Positions 11,133-23,741 are shown, numbered from the whole stretch's first letter. The stretch is DNA of 62,684 bases, filler included, from Asterionella formosa (GCA_002256025.1; 14 parts of 14 records of this genome joined end to end with filler, not necessarily neighbours in it), one strand, 5' to 3'. Numbers and translations are program-made. The notes: generated from the sequence alone by a model not told the origin.

Positions 11133-14100
11133 ATGGGGGTGCCTTCGATCGATCTAGATTCTCTGTATGATGCCTTTTATCCCGCTTGCCGCCTAGTGGC
11201 TGCCGGGCTGATCATTTGGCTGGCGAGCAAGTGCTCAAGGTAAGACCCAACGAGCAGGGCCGAGACTACTATTATGCTGCAGAACCAGGAACTCACACAA
11301 AGCCTTCTCGTCTTCTCCACGTATTCGTAGCAAACCGCGTCTATTCTCGGGAATAATAACTACGGTCACAGCTGGATTTGTTACCTTCACCTTTCTAGAA
11401 CCTCTGTTCTTACCTGTTGGCATGGACCTCGCCATTGTTGCGCTCTACATTTTAGCTATCAATGCAGGATTTGTCGGCATGTGCCTTGGAGTCCTCCTCC
11501 CTCTCATCTTTCCAGGGGTTTGCTTAGGCGTTGCCGTTGCCTTGCTCGGGGGGTGTCTGGGAGCCATCCTAAATCCATATTACTTTCCCCTAGCCAGTCT
11601 AGTTTTGGCTTTCATCGGCGGGCTTGTCTCTGCGCGGTACGTTAAACGCATCGACTCTGAGGCGATACTGAATATCATCTAACGCCAACTCATTTTCGAA
11701 CTATAAGTTGGAAGCAGTCTGTCGTGTTGGCCTTTTCAACCGTCTTTGTCGGTGGGGCTTTGGCCGCGTGCTTTGCGATGAAATCTCTCAATCTGTTCTT
11801 GATGGACATTGCCCGTGGGTACGAGTTCCACCCCAAGGACTCGCACGGCGTAGCTGTCTTTAACTTGAATTTCAAAACTGAAGTTATGATGTCGCTGGTG
11901 TGGATCGCATCTTCTGTCTTGCTGGCGGCTTCAATCGTATACAGAGATGGCCACTTTGGTAATCTCAATGTTGTTGCACTTGTTACAGGCTACCAGTCTG
12001 TGCCAGGAACAAATGGTGCAACTTCCAAATTCAAGCGCAAGGCACCCCAGCCACCTTCTGGACGCGAGCCTTCTGCGAATACTGAGGCTTTTAACATGTT
12101 TGACCCTGCCGACTTGCCGCCTCGACTTGCTGAGTACGCAAACATGGTTTACTCTGCCTGTGAAGACTTGGGGAACTTTTTCGGGTTCCAGGATTCTTCT
12201 GTTCGCAACCAAGCAGAACATCTCCTAATTCTGCTCAGTAACAATCGGCGTTACATGAGCAGTCATATTTTGCCTCCTTCTGTTCAGCCTCCTAGTCCCA
12301 TCCATGCCCTACATGCCAAGGTTTTTTCCAATTACATGAAGTGGTGCCGGGCAATGAGTGTTCCACCACACTTTTCGAAGATGAACACGTCTATGTCAGC
12401 TCCTCCCGCTGTTGCCAGTCGCGTCGTGGATTTGGTCCTTTGGTTCTGTATTTGGGGTGAAGGGGCGAACCTTCGTCATATGCCGGAGTGCCTTTGGTTC
12501 CTTTACCACAAAATGATGGAAGAATATACAAAGAGCGAAGGATATACTCAAACAAGAAGCTTATACGCTGGACACTACCTTGACCACGTCGTCGCTCCTA
12601 TCTTTGATATTATCAACTTGGTAAGTTCCAACTGTCTTTCTTGACAGGGGTCACATCGGTATCGTCCCCCCCTCATCCCACCCTTCGTGCTCCTCTCCCT
12701 TTGCAGAGTATGAATTCAAAAGCTGATCATCCAGACAGGCGGAACTACGATGATTTCAATGAATTCTTCTGGTCTCGTAGCTGTCTAAAATACAGGTATT
12801 CATCAGAAGTGCCCGACGATGATGATGTTGAGGGTATGGGTGCGATGACTGGACCCCTTCTAGGAGAAACTATTCCTGCCATCACCGAAGGCCTTTTTAG
12901 CGCCCCCAAGACTTTCTTGGAGAAACGATCATGGTTGCGCGGAGTTCTGGCTTTGAACCGCATCTTGGAATGGCACATTGTTACTTTCTATCTATTGGCT
13001 GTTACTGCATTTGCTCGTGAGCTTGTTTGGGGTTGGGTATACTCTTTGCAAGTTGCTAGTGGTGTCTTTTGGATATTCAACGCGTTGCATCTTTCTTGGG
13101 GATTGTTGGAGGTGTGGGGAAGCTACCCCGGTATTCAGCTAACTGGTACTGCCGTATGTGGTTCCGTCTTTAGTTTGGTGGCTAGATTCTTGATCCTTGT
13201 ATACCAGACTTTGTACTTGATTTGGGCTTTTTCACCACAAAAAGGGACGTATCTTGGAATCGAGGCTGACACTGGTTTCTGGTGGTGGCAGTACATTTGG
13301 CTTTCTGTTTTCTGCATGATCCCATACCTTATTGAAATGTTTTTGCAGGTCTGGCCTGCTTTGGCGACACGACTTTATACCAGCCAAAATGATTACATTC
13401 AGTCTTTCTTGAACATTTTGTACCCCCTTAGTCGGCTTTACGTCGGAAAAGAGGTACATGAATCGTTCGGACACACTGCTGTCTACATTTTCTATTGGGT
13501 TACTTTGATTTGCTGGAAGTTGTTCTTTTCTTACATTTTTGAGGTCTACTCAATGGTCCAACCTTCGTTGCAACTGACAGATGACTATTTGAACTATCCA
13601 AACCAGAGTTTTGCCAAAATGAGTGTGCTTCTTGTCATCAGATGGTCCCCACAGTTTATTGTTTACCTTGTGGATATGAGTATCTTCTATGCCGCTTGGC
13701 AGGCATTCGCTGGTACATCTGTGGGGTTTTCGGATCACCTTGGAGATGTTAGGTCCATAGATGATATTCGTCAGAATTTCGGGCGAGCCCCCGAGAACTT
13801 CTGCAAGAAAATGCTGTCGCCTGATGCTGGTAGCCGCCGCGGATCGTCTGCGAGCTTCCTGGGGACCAGCAGCAATAGCCTAGGCGAGAATTCCTCTTTG
13901 CTTGGTGCAGATCCACATAAGCTACAGGGATATGTAAACCGACTTCTCGATGTTCGGATTCAGAAGTGGGTGATGTTTAGCGCTGCTTGGAACGAAATTA
14001 TTGATCATTTTCGCGAAGAAGATATTATTTCAAATGCAGAAAGCGATAACTTGAAATTCAGTCGCTTTGATGGTTTCAGTCAAGCCATTTACCTACCTGT

Positions 14101-17100
14101 TTTTCAGACAGCTGGAGTTATCGAGAGTGTTCTCTCTCAGCTTGAAAGGCCTTCTGAAGAGTACAAAGATCCCAAGACTGGCTTCATCTCTGACGAAGAC
14201 TTTTTCAAACCGATTCTCGAACACGTAACCATGAGGACTGCGGTCGCCGAAGTTTGGGAGCTTGGTAGCTTCATATTTTCTCAGATGTTAGGACCTGTTC
14301 ATGCCAACGATATTAACAATATCATGGGAACGATCCTGAAGTGGTCCGAAAATGGGACTTTGAATTCTCATATGAAGACAGAATCGGTTCGGGAGGTCAT
14401 GAAACATTTTGTTCCCCTTGTCCAGATCTTATCGAAAGGACTTGGAAAGCGCAAGCCAGCATCAAGTCGCAGATCTATTATGAAGACAAGACCAGAAGCA
14501 GCCCCGGCTAGCAAAAAGGTTGGTGGTATGCGCCGTGCTGTCAGTGTCGCTTCACTCGGTACTGTAGGCAGCATCGAAACTGAGAGCAAACCGCTTGAAA
14601 CAAATGATTCAAAGAATCGGAGACCCGACTCGTCAGAGCCTTCTGACGTCGATGCTCTCAGGGACCATGTCCGAGATCTATTCCGTAATATGGCACATGC
14701 AGTCAAGAAACTTCTCAAGGAAATAGATGTCGACCATGAGAGCAGAGATGTCCTCGATCGTATTACATTCCTTTTGAGCATGGAGAATGGCTTTATCTGG
14801 GACGATGCATATGCTTCAGATATGCTCGATGATGTCTCAAGAAACGTGACATACAAAGCTGTATTGAAGAAGATCCACGGACTTGTCGCATGTCATCCTG
14901 ATGATGTCGAACCGAAATCAAAGGAAGCCAGACGTCGGCTCACTTTTTTTGTCAATTCTCTTTTTATGGATATGCCTGAAGCTCCATCGATTCATGACAT
15001 GTTCTCCTGGAACGTCTTGACGCCCTACTATTCCGAGGATGTTACTTATACCAAGGAGGAGCTGACAAGTAGATCTGATGCGCTAGGGGTATCGACGCTA
15101 CTATATCTTCAGACGTTGTATCGTAGCGATTGGAACAATTTCATTGAACGCTTAGGAATTCAGGACGAAGAAAAAATTTGGTCTAAGAAATTGTTGGACG
15201 AGACCCGTCGCTGGGCTAGCATACGCGCGCAGACTCTATCAAGAACTGTGAACGGAATGATGTACTATGAAAAGGCACTTCGACTTCTCGCCAATCTTGA
15301 GCGATTAGATGATGACACAATCAATGATTTGATGGGTGAAAAGTTCGGTTATGTGGTGTCCACTCAAGTCTATGGCGATATGAAGAGAGACCAGGACAAA
15401 AAGGCAGATGATATCGAAGCCTTGATGCACAGATTCCCGCACTTGCGTGTGGCGTACATCGACACTATTCGTATCAACCGCTCCGGCGCCTCAATTTATT
15501 ATTCTGTCCTCATCAAGAGCGACAGGAAGGGCAAGATACAAGAAATTTATCGTGTTCGCCTTCCAGGCAACCCAGTGATTGGCGAAGGAAAACCGGAGAA
15601 TCAGAACCATGCCATGATCTTCACACGTGGTGAGTTTCTGCAAACTATTGACATGAATCAAGAGGGTTACTTTGAAGAAGCCCTCAAGATGAGAAACTGC
15701 TTGCAAGAATTTGCCAAGCGAGAAGGACCGCTTCCCACCACTATTCTTGGATTGCGTGAGCATATCTTTACCGGGAGTGTCAGTTCACTCGCTAACTATA
15801 TGGCGCTGCAGGAGATGTCGTTTGTTACACTTGGGCAGCGTGTTCTGACGAGACCACTTCATATTCGACTCCACTATGGTCACCCAGATGTGTTCGATAA
15901 GCTTTTCTTCATCACTCGTGGTGGCATTAGTAAAAGTTCCAAGGGTATTAACCTATCAGAGGACATCTTCGCAGGATACAACAACATACTGCGTGGAGGT
16001 TCGGTTGGGTTTAAAGAATATTTACAGGTTGGGAAGGGCCGTGATGTCGGTATGAGTCAGATCTACAAGTTTGAGGCGAAGCTTAGTCAAGGTGCTGCAG
16101 AACAGAGCCTCTCACGAGACGTTTACCGCATGTGTAACCGCTTGGATTTTTTCCGACTTCTCTCTTTCTACTATGGAGGAATTGGTCACTACTTTTCAAA
16201 TGTGCTTACCGTCTTCACGGTATACATCGTAGTTTATTTGATGGCTCTGCTTGCGATCTTCGGCATTGAAAAGATTGGAACTCGAGTGATTACTCCAATG
16301 GGGACGATTCAAATGTTACTTGGAGGTCTCGGGCTTTTGCAGACCATTCCTTTGTTTGCTACTCTTGGAGTTGAGCGTGGGTGGTGGGCAAGCATCCGAG
16401 AGATTTTCCAGGTTTTTGTTACCGGAGGTCCGCTTCATTTTATGTTTCACATTCAAACAAAAGCAACCTATATGGCCCAGACCATTCTTGTCGGTGGGGC
16501 CAAATACAGAGCTACTGGACGTGGTTTTGTTACCCAGCACACACCAATGGATGAGCAATATCGATTCTTTGCTTCTAGTCATCTGTATTTGGGCGTTGAA
16601 TTGGCTGCTGGTCTGGTTTTGATGGGTATTTACAGCGAGGCTAAGCAATACTTTGGAAGAACCTGGTCGCTTTGGTTGGCTTCTATCTCTTTCCTTGCTA
16701 GTCCATTCTGGTTCAACCCCTTGACGTTTGATTGGAATGTGGTTACCAATGACTACGATGTTTGGCTTCGATGGATTCGGGGTAGCTCTGGTGGAGTTTC
16801 AAAGAGTTGGTCCATATGGTGGACGGAGGAGAATTCATTTTACAAGACGATGCCATTGCCATCCAAGCTATTCTACACGGTGAAGGCAGGACTTTACCTT
16901 TTGATGGCCGAAGGCATTCGCCGCTCTGATCTTTTTAAGTCTGATATGACTCTCAGCAAACCTACTATTGGTGTGAACAACGTAATCGTTTTCATTTCTG
17001 TTTTGCTTGTTTGCGGTTGGCTTTTTGCGAGAAACGAACGGTCCATGCCCTACCCTGTTCGACGAACAATTGGAATCTTGATATCAGTTGGTATTGTTGT

Positions 17101-17797
17101 TTCTGTTATGATTGTCTTCGTTGAAGATACCAATTCGATCAGGTATGCTCTTGCTGCCTACTACGGGCTTGGGGCCTTTTCTTTGATTGGCTTGCTGGCC
17201 GGTGTGAAGTTTGTCAAGCATTTTTATCTTATTCATGACATCGTGTGTGGGCATATAATCTTCGTTCCTCTCATTTTCTTGGGGGCAATACAATTCCCAA
17301 GACACATCCAGACTTGGCTGCTTTATCACAACGCACTGTCGTCAGATGTTGTTGTCAGCGACATTCTACGATACGCACGAAGGAATCAGGACTCCGGTGG
17401 AACTACTGAACATGACGAAGATCTTATCGAACAAGTTGCTGAATTGAAGAAGATTGTTCAGAAGCAAGAGCAGCTTTTAGTGACTGCTGGTTTTGTATCC
17501 TCCGAGAGTCTCTCGACTCCAACAAGCGCTCTAGCTAGTCTTGTTGCTTCAACTCAAGCACCGGTATTCCAGACCGGCACTCGCCCTGCCGCTGAAGGTG
17601 TTAAGTCCTCTTACGGGCGAACGTTCAGTATGTCCGGACTTGACGTTTGGACTAGTATGGCAGTTGGCTCTGAGTTCGGCTCGCTTGATCAACCAAATCA
17701 AACGCTCGATTTGGACATGCAGCAAAGCAACCTACGGCAGCCGACAAACAGCAATGATTTTTCGTTCAAACAGCCAAGTCAATTGCCCCCTCGCTAA
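11133..17797 (+). CDS. 1,3-beta-glucan synthase (GT48, FKS1/callose synthase family); likely chrysolaminarin synthase; 4 exons
   Basis: ATG 11133; GT-AG introns at about 11240-11330, 11637-11708 and 12621-12706 keep the frame. FKS1 domain FFGFQDSSVRNQAEHL, IWGEGANLRHMPECL, RNYDDFNEFFW; catalytic EARRRLTFFVNSL, TPYYSEDV, WASIRAQTLSRTVNG, GEGKPENQNHA, TIDMNQEGYFEEALK, HYGHPDVFD, INLSEDIFAG, QVGKGRDVG, KYRATGRGF. Confidence 0.96.
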
Positions 17798-18199
17798 AAG
17801 CTACCCTAAATTTGTTTTGTATCTTCGGTTCCAAATCTTGAAGAAGCTGATTGGCGATGCAAAGTAATGAGTAAAGTATTTATATGCGTCGCATAGCTAC
17901 CTCTCTATAAATAGCTATTTCATGACTTAAACAAAGCTGAAAAACTTGCAGTTTTATCAGGGCATGTTGTTATTCACTGTTTGGATGATTAGTAACTAGT
18001 CTTTTTTCATTGAGCGTAGTCTACTAGTCACCGCAAATGTACTAACTCGTCGTCAGGTTAGTGCCATGTAATACTTGCCGGTGCTATTCCTCTTACATTG
18101 AGAAATATCGAGTGAATGAGAGATCCAAATCAATGATATTTCCTTTACAAGAAAAAAGTTGATCCTTAACATATTTTCACGTTGTATTTGCCTCTTCTT

Positions 18200-19219
18200 C
18201 TAGGCTTCCAGTTCTTGGGCGGCATATAATGCCGACTCGCCGCTGTCCATCTTGCTGAAGAAATCTGACACACCCTCTTCTGGAGCTAGCGATGGTGTAA
18301 ATTCATACGGAAAGGGATCCTGACGACCACTCATGGGCGGGCAATTTTGTGAGGGTAAAGTATTTGCAAGGGACGTCATCGGAACATGCGATGCCGCGGC
18401 TTTCCTTGCGGCAGCTGTTGGTATGGCTTGACCTACTTGGAGGGCCACAGGAACGATTGGAGTGACGGGCATGGTAGTGAGTATTGAAACGGAGGGTACG
18501 CGGTAAGGACCCGTAGATTTGATCTTAAACGTGCTCGTGTCAACCGCAGTGGGAATGAGGAAGACTTGAACAGTTTCCTGCAATTCCAGATTGCAGTTTC
18601 TTTTGGAAGAAGGTAGTGTGGGGGGTGCCTTTCTCTTTCTGCATGCGTCCAATTCGTCTAATAAGTCTGCGTTGGTAGAAACCCCAAGATGATAGGCCCG
18701 AGCAAAGGGAGGGTTTCCTTCAGTCGGGTTCGGTACTTCTATCACGCTCCCGTGAGGTGCCCAGAGTGCAATTAAAGATGTCATGGGATTTCCTCTGGCG
18801 TCCACTTGAGGAAGCGACCTAAATTGTTCTCCAGTATTGACCGGAAAGTGCATCGCAGCGACAATGTCCTGTGCAGCACAATGTCGGTGTGGATCATTAT
18901 TCGCGGCGCCCACATCATTTGAGAGCTTCTTCAGCTGGCTGATCCAGAAATCCAACTTCGCATCTTCTTCATAAAAATTGCCTACTCGGTCTCTTATTTT
19001 TTCCAACTCTTCCGCGATGTTCGCATTGGTGCCCTGTGACGAATCCCCCCGTAGTTCCTTGCTGGTGTTCTCTGCTCCTCGCCACGCAATTACGTTCTTG
19101 GATCGTTTTTCAATCAATCCGACTCCTTCCAGTACATTTGTAATGTCATAGATACGTCGTTTCTGTACTTGAAGCTGCTCCGCCGCTTCGTTGAGATCGA
19201 TGGCACCGGAAATTGAGGC
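18200..19219 (-). CDS. E2F: E2F transcription factor, 3' exon (5' part lost in gap)
   Basis: Read from the acceptor AG at 19221-19220: ASISGAIDLNEAAEQLQVQKRRIYDITNVLEGVGLIEKRSKNVIAW (E2F/DP DNA-binding signature), coiled coil, marked-box-like LIALWAPHGSVIEVPNP, C-terminal EEGVSDFF resembling the Rb-binding motif. Confidence 0.93.
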   Translation of the reverse strand, partial: ASISGAIDLNEAAEQLQVQKRRIYDITNVLEGVGLIEKRSKNVIAWRGAENTSKELRGDSSQGTNANIAEELEKIRDRVGNFYEEDAKLDFWISQLKKLSNDVGAANNDPHRHCAAQDIVAAMHFPVNTGEQFRSLPQVDARGNPMTSLIALWAPHGSVIEVPNPTEGNPPFARAYHLGVSTNADLLDELDACRKRKAPPTLPSSKRNCNLELQETVQVFLIPTAVDTSTFKIKSTGPYRVPSVSILTTMPVTPIVPVALQVGQAIPTAAARKAAASHVPMTSLANTLPSQNCPPMSGRQDPFPYEFTPSLAPEEGVSDFFSKMDSGESALYAAQELEA

Positions 19220-19284
19220 CTTTTCACAAGTTGGTCAGCCGAATGACGCGTCACAATGTTGGCACACGAAACGAAACGAAACGA

Positions 19285-19786
19285 NNNNNNNNNNNNNNNN
19301 NNNNNNNNNNNNNNNNNNNNNNNNNNNNNNNNNNNNNNNNNNNNNNNNNNNNNNNNNNNNNNNNNNNNNNNNNNNNNNNNNNNNNNNNNNNNNNNNNNNN
19401 NNNNNNNNNNNNNNNNNNNNNNNNNNNNNNNNNNNNNNNNNNNNNNNNNNNNNNNNNNNNNNNNNNNNNNNNNNNNNNNNNNNNNNNNNNNNNNNNNNNN
19501 NNNNNNNNNNNNNNNNNNNNNNNNNNNNNNNNNNNNNNNNNNNNNNNNNNNNNNNNNNNNNNNNNNNNNNNNNNNNNNNNNNNNNNNNNNNNNNNNNNNN
19601 NNNNNNNNNNNNNNNNNNNNNNNNNNNNNNNNNNNNNNNNNNNNNNNNNNNNNNNNNNNNNNNNNNNNNNNNNNNNNNNNNNNNNNNNNNNNNNNNNNNN
19701 NNNNNNNNNNNNNNNNNNNNNNNNNNNNNNNNNNNNNNNNNNNNNNNNNNNNNNNNNNNNNNNNNNNNNNNNNNNNNNNNNNNNNN
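19285..19786. other. Scaffold gap (502 N), preceded by a (CGAAA)n microsatellite
   Basis: N run; CGAAA repeats at 19267-19284. Confidence 0.99.
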
Positions 19787-20182
19787 CATTCGTCGTTCCA
19801 AGGTGATATTCCATTCCAATACAAGGTTCACCTTATATTGGCGTAGGATAGGTTTGTCAAGTCCAATACAAGGTGATAAAAACTCTGGGTATCACTCCAA
19901 TTCAAGGTATCCTTTATTTCTCTTGAGAATAGCTATCATCCACTCAAATACAAGGTATTCCCTGTATTGCACTCTGTTTATTTCCCAATACAAGATGGCA
20001 ATATTTTGCAATTTGAGGTTGCCTTTGTATTGGGTTTTGGCTGTACTATTTCACATCCAAAAATGACGACAGTAATTTCCATTCAAGGTTGCCCCTTTTT
20101 GGCAGTACTCCATCACATCCCAATACAAGGTGACAATATTTTGCAATTCAAGGTTGACCCAAACTATAATGCTGGTGAAGTG
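19787..20182. repeat. Cluster of about 10 direct and inverted CCAAT(A/T)CAAGGT motifs, probable transposon subterminal region
   Basis: Copies at about 19816, 19830 (inverted), 19863, 19897, 19945, 19985, 20022 (inverted), 20079, 20120, 20143. Confidence 0.7.
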
Positions 20183-22455
20183 TACATATGATGTCATAGT
20201 TATGCATATTGATTAAGCAAACTGTTATTTTTTATTTATATGATCATACAGTAATGTATACTTTCAAAATTTTCTAAAATTTTGGCCATGTGTCTGCAAT
20301 TGTATTGATCATACAAAACCGTCATTTTTTGTTTCATATAGTAATCGTACAGTAATGTATACTTTCAAATTTTTATTTGCCTGGCTGGCATATAATATCG
20401 TGTCACTGCTAAAATTATTCTGTACTGACTGTGTGTAATAGCATAGTATATAGCTATATACCTGGAAATCATCACTAAATCAGGGCTATTTATTGACATC
20501 ACAAAAATAATACCTCCAAGTTATTTCTTATCCTTTACAATATAGTGGTTTTGTTGTGGTTAATTGTACTTGAGGGGTATATCAAGGGCCGATTTTTCCA
20601 AAATAAGAAGAGAGTTTCATGAAGTACTACAGGCGTTGGTTGAGAGACTTAACTATAAGTTCGGTGAAACTCCAAGAAGTTTTATTTGTAGGAACAAGAA
20701 CAGTACCCCTGGTACGATCAGGGAGGTACATACAGTATAAACTTTGGGTCGAAACTGATATTCACAGGGAACTACTGAAGGTAATACATGACCAAGCAAG
20801 GGTGGTATTCTTGTGGGCGCCACTCGTTTGGTCAACCTACTTGCGCCTCCCAAGCCGAGTACACAAAATTACGAGTAGGCAGACTCCTCCCTAGTAGGGT
20901 ATTACCTAGGCAATTCACAAACTAGCTATCGGCGCACTTTTCGCCACTACATTGCCCTTTCAGTTAACATTGAAAACCTATTTTAAATAGTTTGTATGTT
21001 GGATGCGAACTAGCCAATTGCCCATCACAAAAAACATATTTTGTGTATTTCATATGTACAGTTTTTGGATTATTCAATCCTGCAATTGCCCATCATATTA
21101 AACACATTTTGTATATTTCATATGCTCTGTTTTTTGACTGCCAAACTACCTTCAATATTTTCAATAGCCCCTAGATTTTATTGCCGAAATCGACTGCCGT
21201 TTATTTAGGGGAATTTGATTACTGATATCTATAGTCCCTCAATTGACTGCCGTTTACTTAAGGAAAATCGACTGCCGAAATTGGACGAGAGTAGGAGGAG
21301 CTACATGAAGGCATGAAATGATGGTTTTCTCTTAAGTGTCGACAGCAATTCCACTATTTACATCCCTGCTATCTTCCAGCATGCTACCTGGTACGATGTA
21401 TACAAAATCTGGTCATTGATGTCTCGAGTACTGACTCTTCATCAAATGGATCTGGCTGGTTGTTGGATAATTCGATTTCTTATGGGATTCATATCGTTGC
21501 ATCGTGCTTGCTTTGTCACAGTTGCTCCAAAATTTCGGTTCCCCTTTCTGTTGATTTCCGATAGCCTTTCCGGTCAACTACTTCGCTAGATTTGATATGT
21601 AGTGATAAATAAATTAATGATTGTTTAAAAGTGACATCAATCAGTTGTTGAGTATCAAAACTCAAAACGTTATGGTAGGTCAAAGTTGGGCTTCCATCTC
21701 GCCATTGAACCAGTATTTTCGTCAGAAATGATCAGCCGTTAAATTTTAACTATATTTTTGTAGTATGTTTTCTACCTGTTCTACAATGAATCAAATCAGA
21801 TCTCGGCAGCAAGTTTTAGTGCTCACGTGCTGGCTTTTTTCCCGCTGCCCTACAATAGCATTGTTTCATTGCTTTCTAATCACAATATTACTTTTGTTAC
21901 TTCTGCATGATCTTCTACAATGACAAACGAAAAGTCGTCAATCTCAATGAGCTATCGTAAACTCCGCAAAGCAGCCGGAACATGATGGAACCGGTTTTCT
22001 GCATTAACTCGTATTCAACAAGGAAGAGAGGACAGGTATGTGCTTGTTGATTGCTGTTGTCATATTTAAGTTCCCGCCATGGTCGAGTATACTAATTATG
22101 AAACGTATTTCTTCCTCTTCAGAATGTTGATAAAGGCTATTGTCATGTTACTCCTCCACTTCCTGATGATGCAACAAATCAGTATCCAGTGGTCAAATCA
22201 GCCTGTCCAATGAGGTGAAATATGTTGCCAGTTGATTGTTGTTTTACGAGGTATAATTTACACACACTAACATTATTCTTTTCCTGTTTCCCAAAGCTAG
22301 CAAGCCACTTTTATCGAAACTCGCACGAAGATTGCAAAGTCACCAGGTCGCAAACAATGTGGGCAACGTATCTCGCCAGCACCAACAACATATCACTCCA
22401 TTGCTCCCTATCAACCTAATCAAAACTGTCCTCCTCAATTTTCCAATTCACAAAC

Positions 22456-22555
22456 NNNNNNNNNNNNNNNNNNNNNNNNNNNNNNNNNNNNNNNNNNNNT
22501 TAATTAATTAANNNNNNNNNNNNNNNNNNNNNNNNNNNNNNNNNNNNNNNNNNNN
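22456..22555. other. Artificial contig-joining spacer (44 N + TTAATTAATTAA + 44 N); first of 13
   Basis: Identical 100-bp spacers also at 23935, 46440, 47918, 49396, 50873, 52350, 53827, 55304, 56781, 58257, 59733 and 61209. TTAATTAATTAA gives stops in all six frames. Confidence 0.99.
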
Positions 22556-23741
22556 CGAAAAGGAGCGTATCTTTCTGGACGCGCTTCAGTCCTACGATGC
22601 CGCTGGAAGGCAAATGCTCAAGGATGACGAGTTTGACCTATTGAAGGAAGATTTGCAATGGAAGAACGGATCTGAGCATATACCGGTATATAGCTAAAAC
22701 AAGGAAAGACGACACAACAATGAACGTGATGGCTGGTTGTTGAGGATACCGGTATGTGATATGCATCAATCCATATCACAAATCATATTATAGTGATTTA
22801 CATATCAACGCATCTGTATACTTAGATCCTATCCACTGTATAATACTATCATATTAAGTGTTGACTTTAACTGTATACATTAAACGACAAACACTTATAT
22901 TAATTAAGATACTTTATGATTGCTTGATTTATATTCTATGATGTCTTGGTAACACTTGCATACATATTTTATCGTATTTTATTGTCATTCTTGTACTATT
23001 TTTACATGATCATATTTTGATCAAAATAATATCATAAACATTTGATAAAATCATCATATTTTAGGATCAATGTATCATAAATATGTGATGTACTTCATTC
23101 AATATTACGTATCATACTTTGGTGATGTATGCATCGCTGTAACCTTACTATCATGATATCACATTATCATCTTGTCAATCATGTTGAGATGATTGGGAAG
23201 CAAATGTATTCTGCGACGTGCTACAGGGTATATTATTATATCACGCAATTTAGTAGCGAAGTCACTCCGCCTGTAATGTACTAAAGTCGACAGTGCACAT
23301 ACCGGTACTCAGACGCTAATCAGGTTTGAGGAAACGGACAATGGTTCGAACGAGCGAATGATGATACAGTACCAATTTTTCCAACGAAAGAAGCAACTTG
23401 TCTCTCTATTGATGAGGATGACACGGACACCGACTTTTCCAGGAGCAAACAACAATGAAGAGACCCACTTCGTCTGCGTCGCTCTATTGATGGTAACAAA
23501 GATGCGGACAAGTTCAACAGTGAATACAAGAACAACACACCATTGAAAACAAGTCGACAGTGTCTGCACGCACACGCCAAGCAAGTTTGAGGCAACGGAC
23601 AATTTCAACAAGCAAATGACGATACAGATATCAAATTCTTCCTACGAGCAAACAACAGTGAAAAGAGCCACTTGCTTTCGCTCTCTTGATGGTATCAAAG
23701 ATGCGGACAAGTTCAATAGTTAATTAAAGTACAGTATGCCA
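22556..23741 (+). repeat. Dispersed repeat copy 1 (paralogous to 54125-55160), beginning with a PGRL1 gene fragment
   Basis: Colinear high similarity with 54125-55160 apart from indels (copy 1 has about 150 extra bp near 22750-22900). Confidence 0.92.
22557..22677 (+). pseudogene. PGRL1: PGR5-like protein 1 (PGRL1) fragment
   Basis: EKERIFLDALQSYDAAGRQMLKDDEFDLLKEDLQWKNGSE matches the PGRL1 motif EKE..FL.AL..Y..G...M.D.EFD.LKE.L.W.GS; truncated by CATATACCGGTATATAG. Confidence 0.75.

Noticed and set aside
11931..17329. Antisense and alternate-frame ORFs over the glucan synthase (likewise over MAP65, HAD, eIF5 and pogo)
   Set aside because: Shadow ORFs of real coding sequence with no recognisable motifs.
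21919..22455. Possible spliced gene remnant (ATG, GTATGT donor, CTTCAG acceptor)
   Set aside because: Early in-frame TGA and no recognisable product; too weak to call.
22500..22511. TTAATTAATTAA as a recurring regulatory or recombination site
   Set aside because: Always centred in 44 N + 44 N; it is a synthetic six-frame stop linker.
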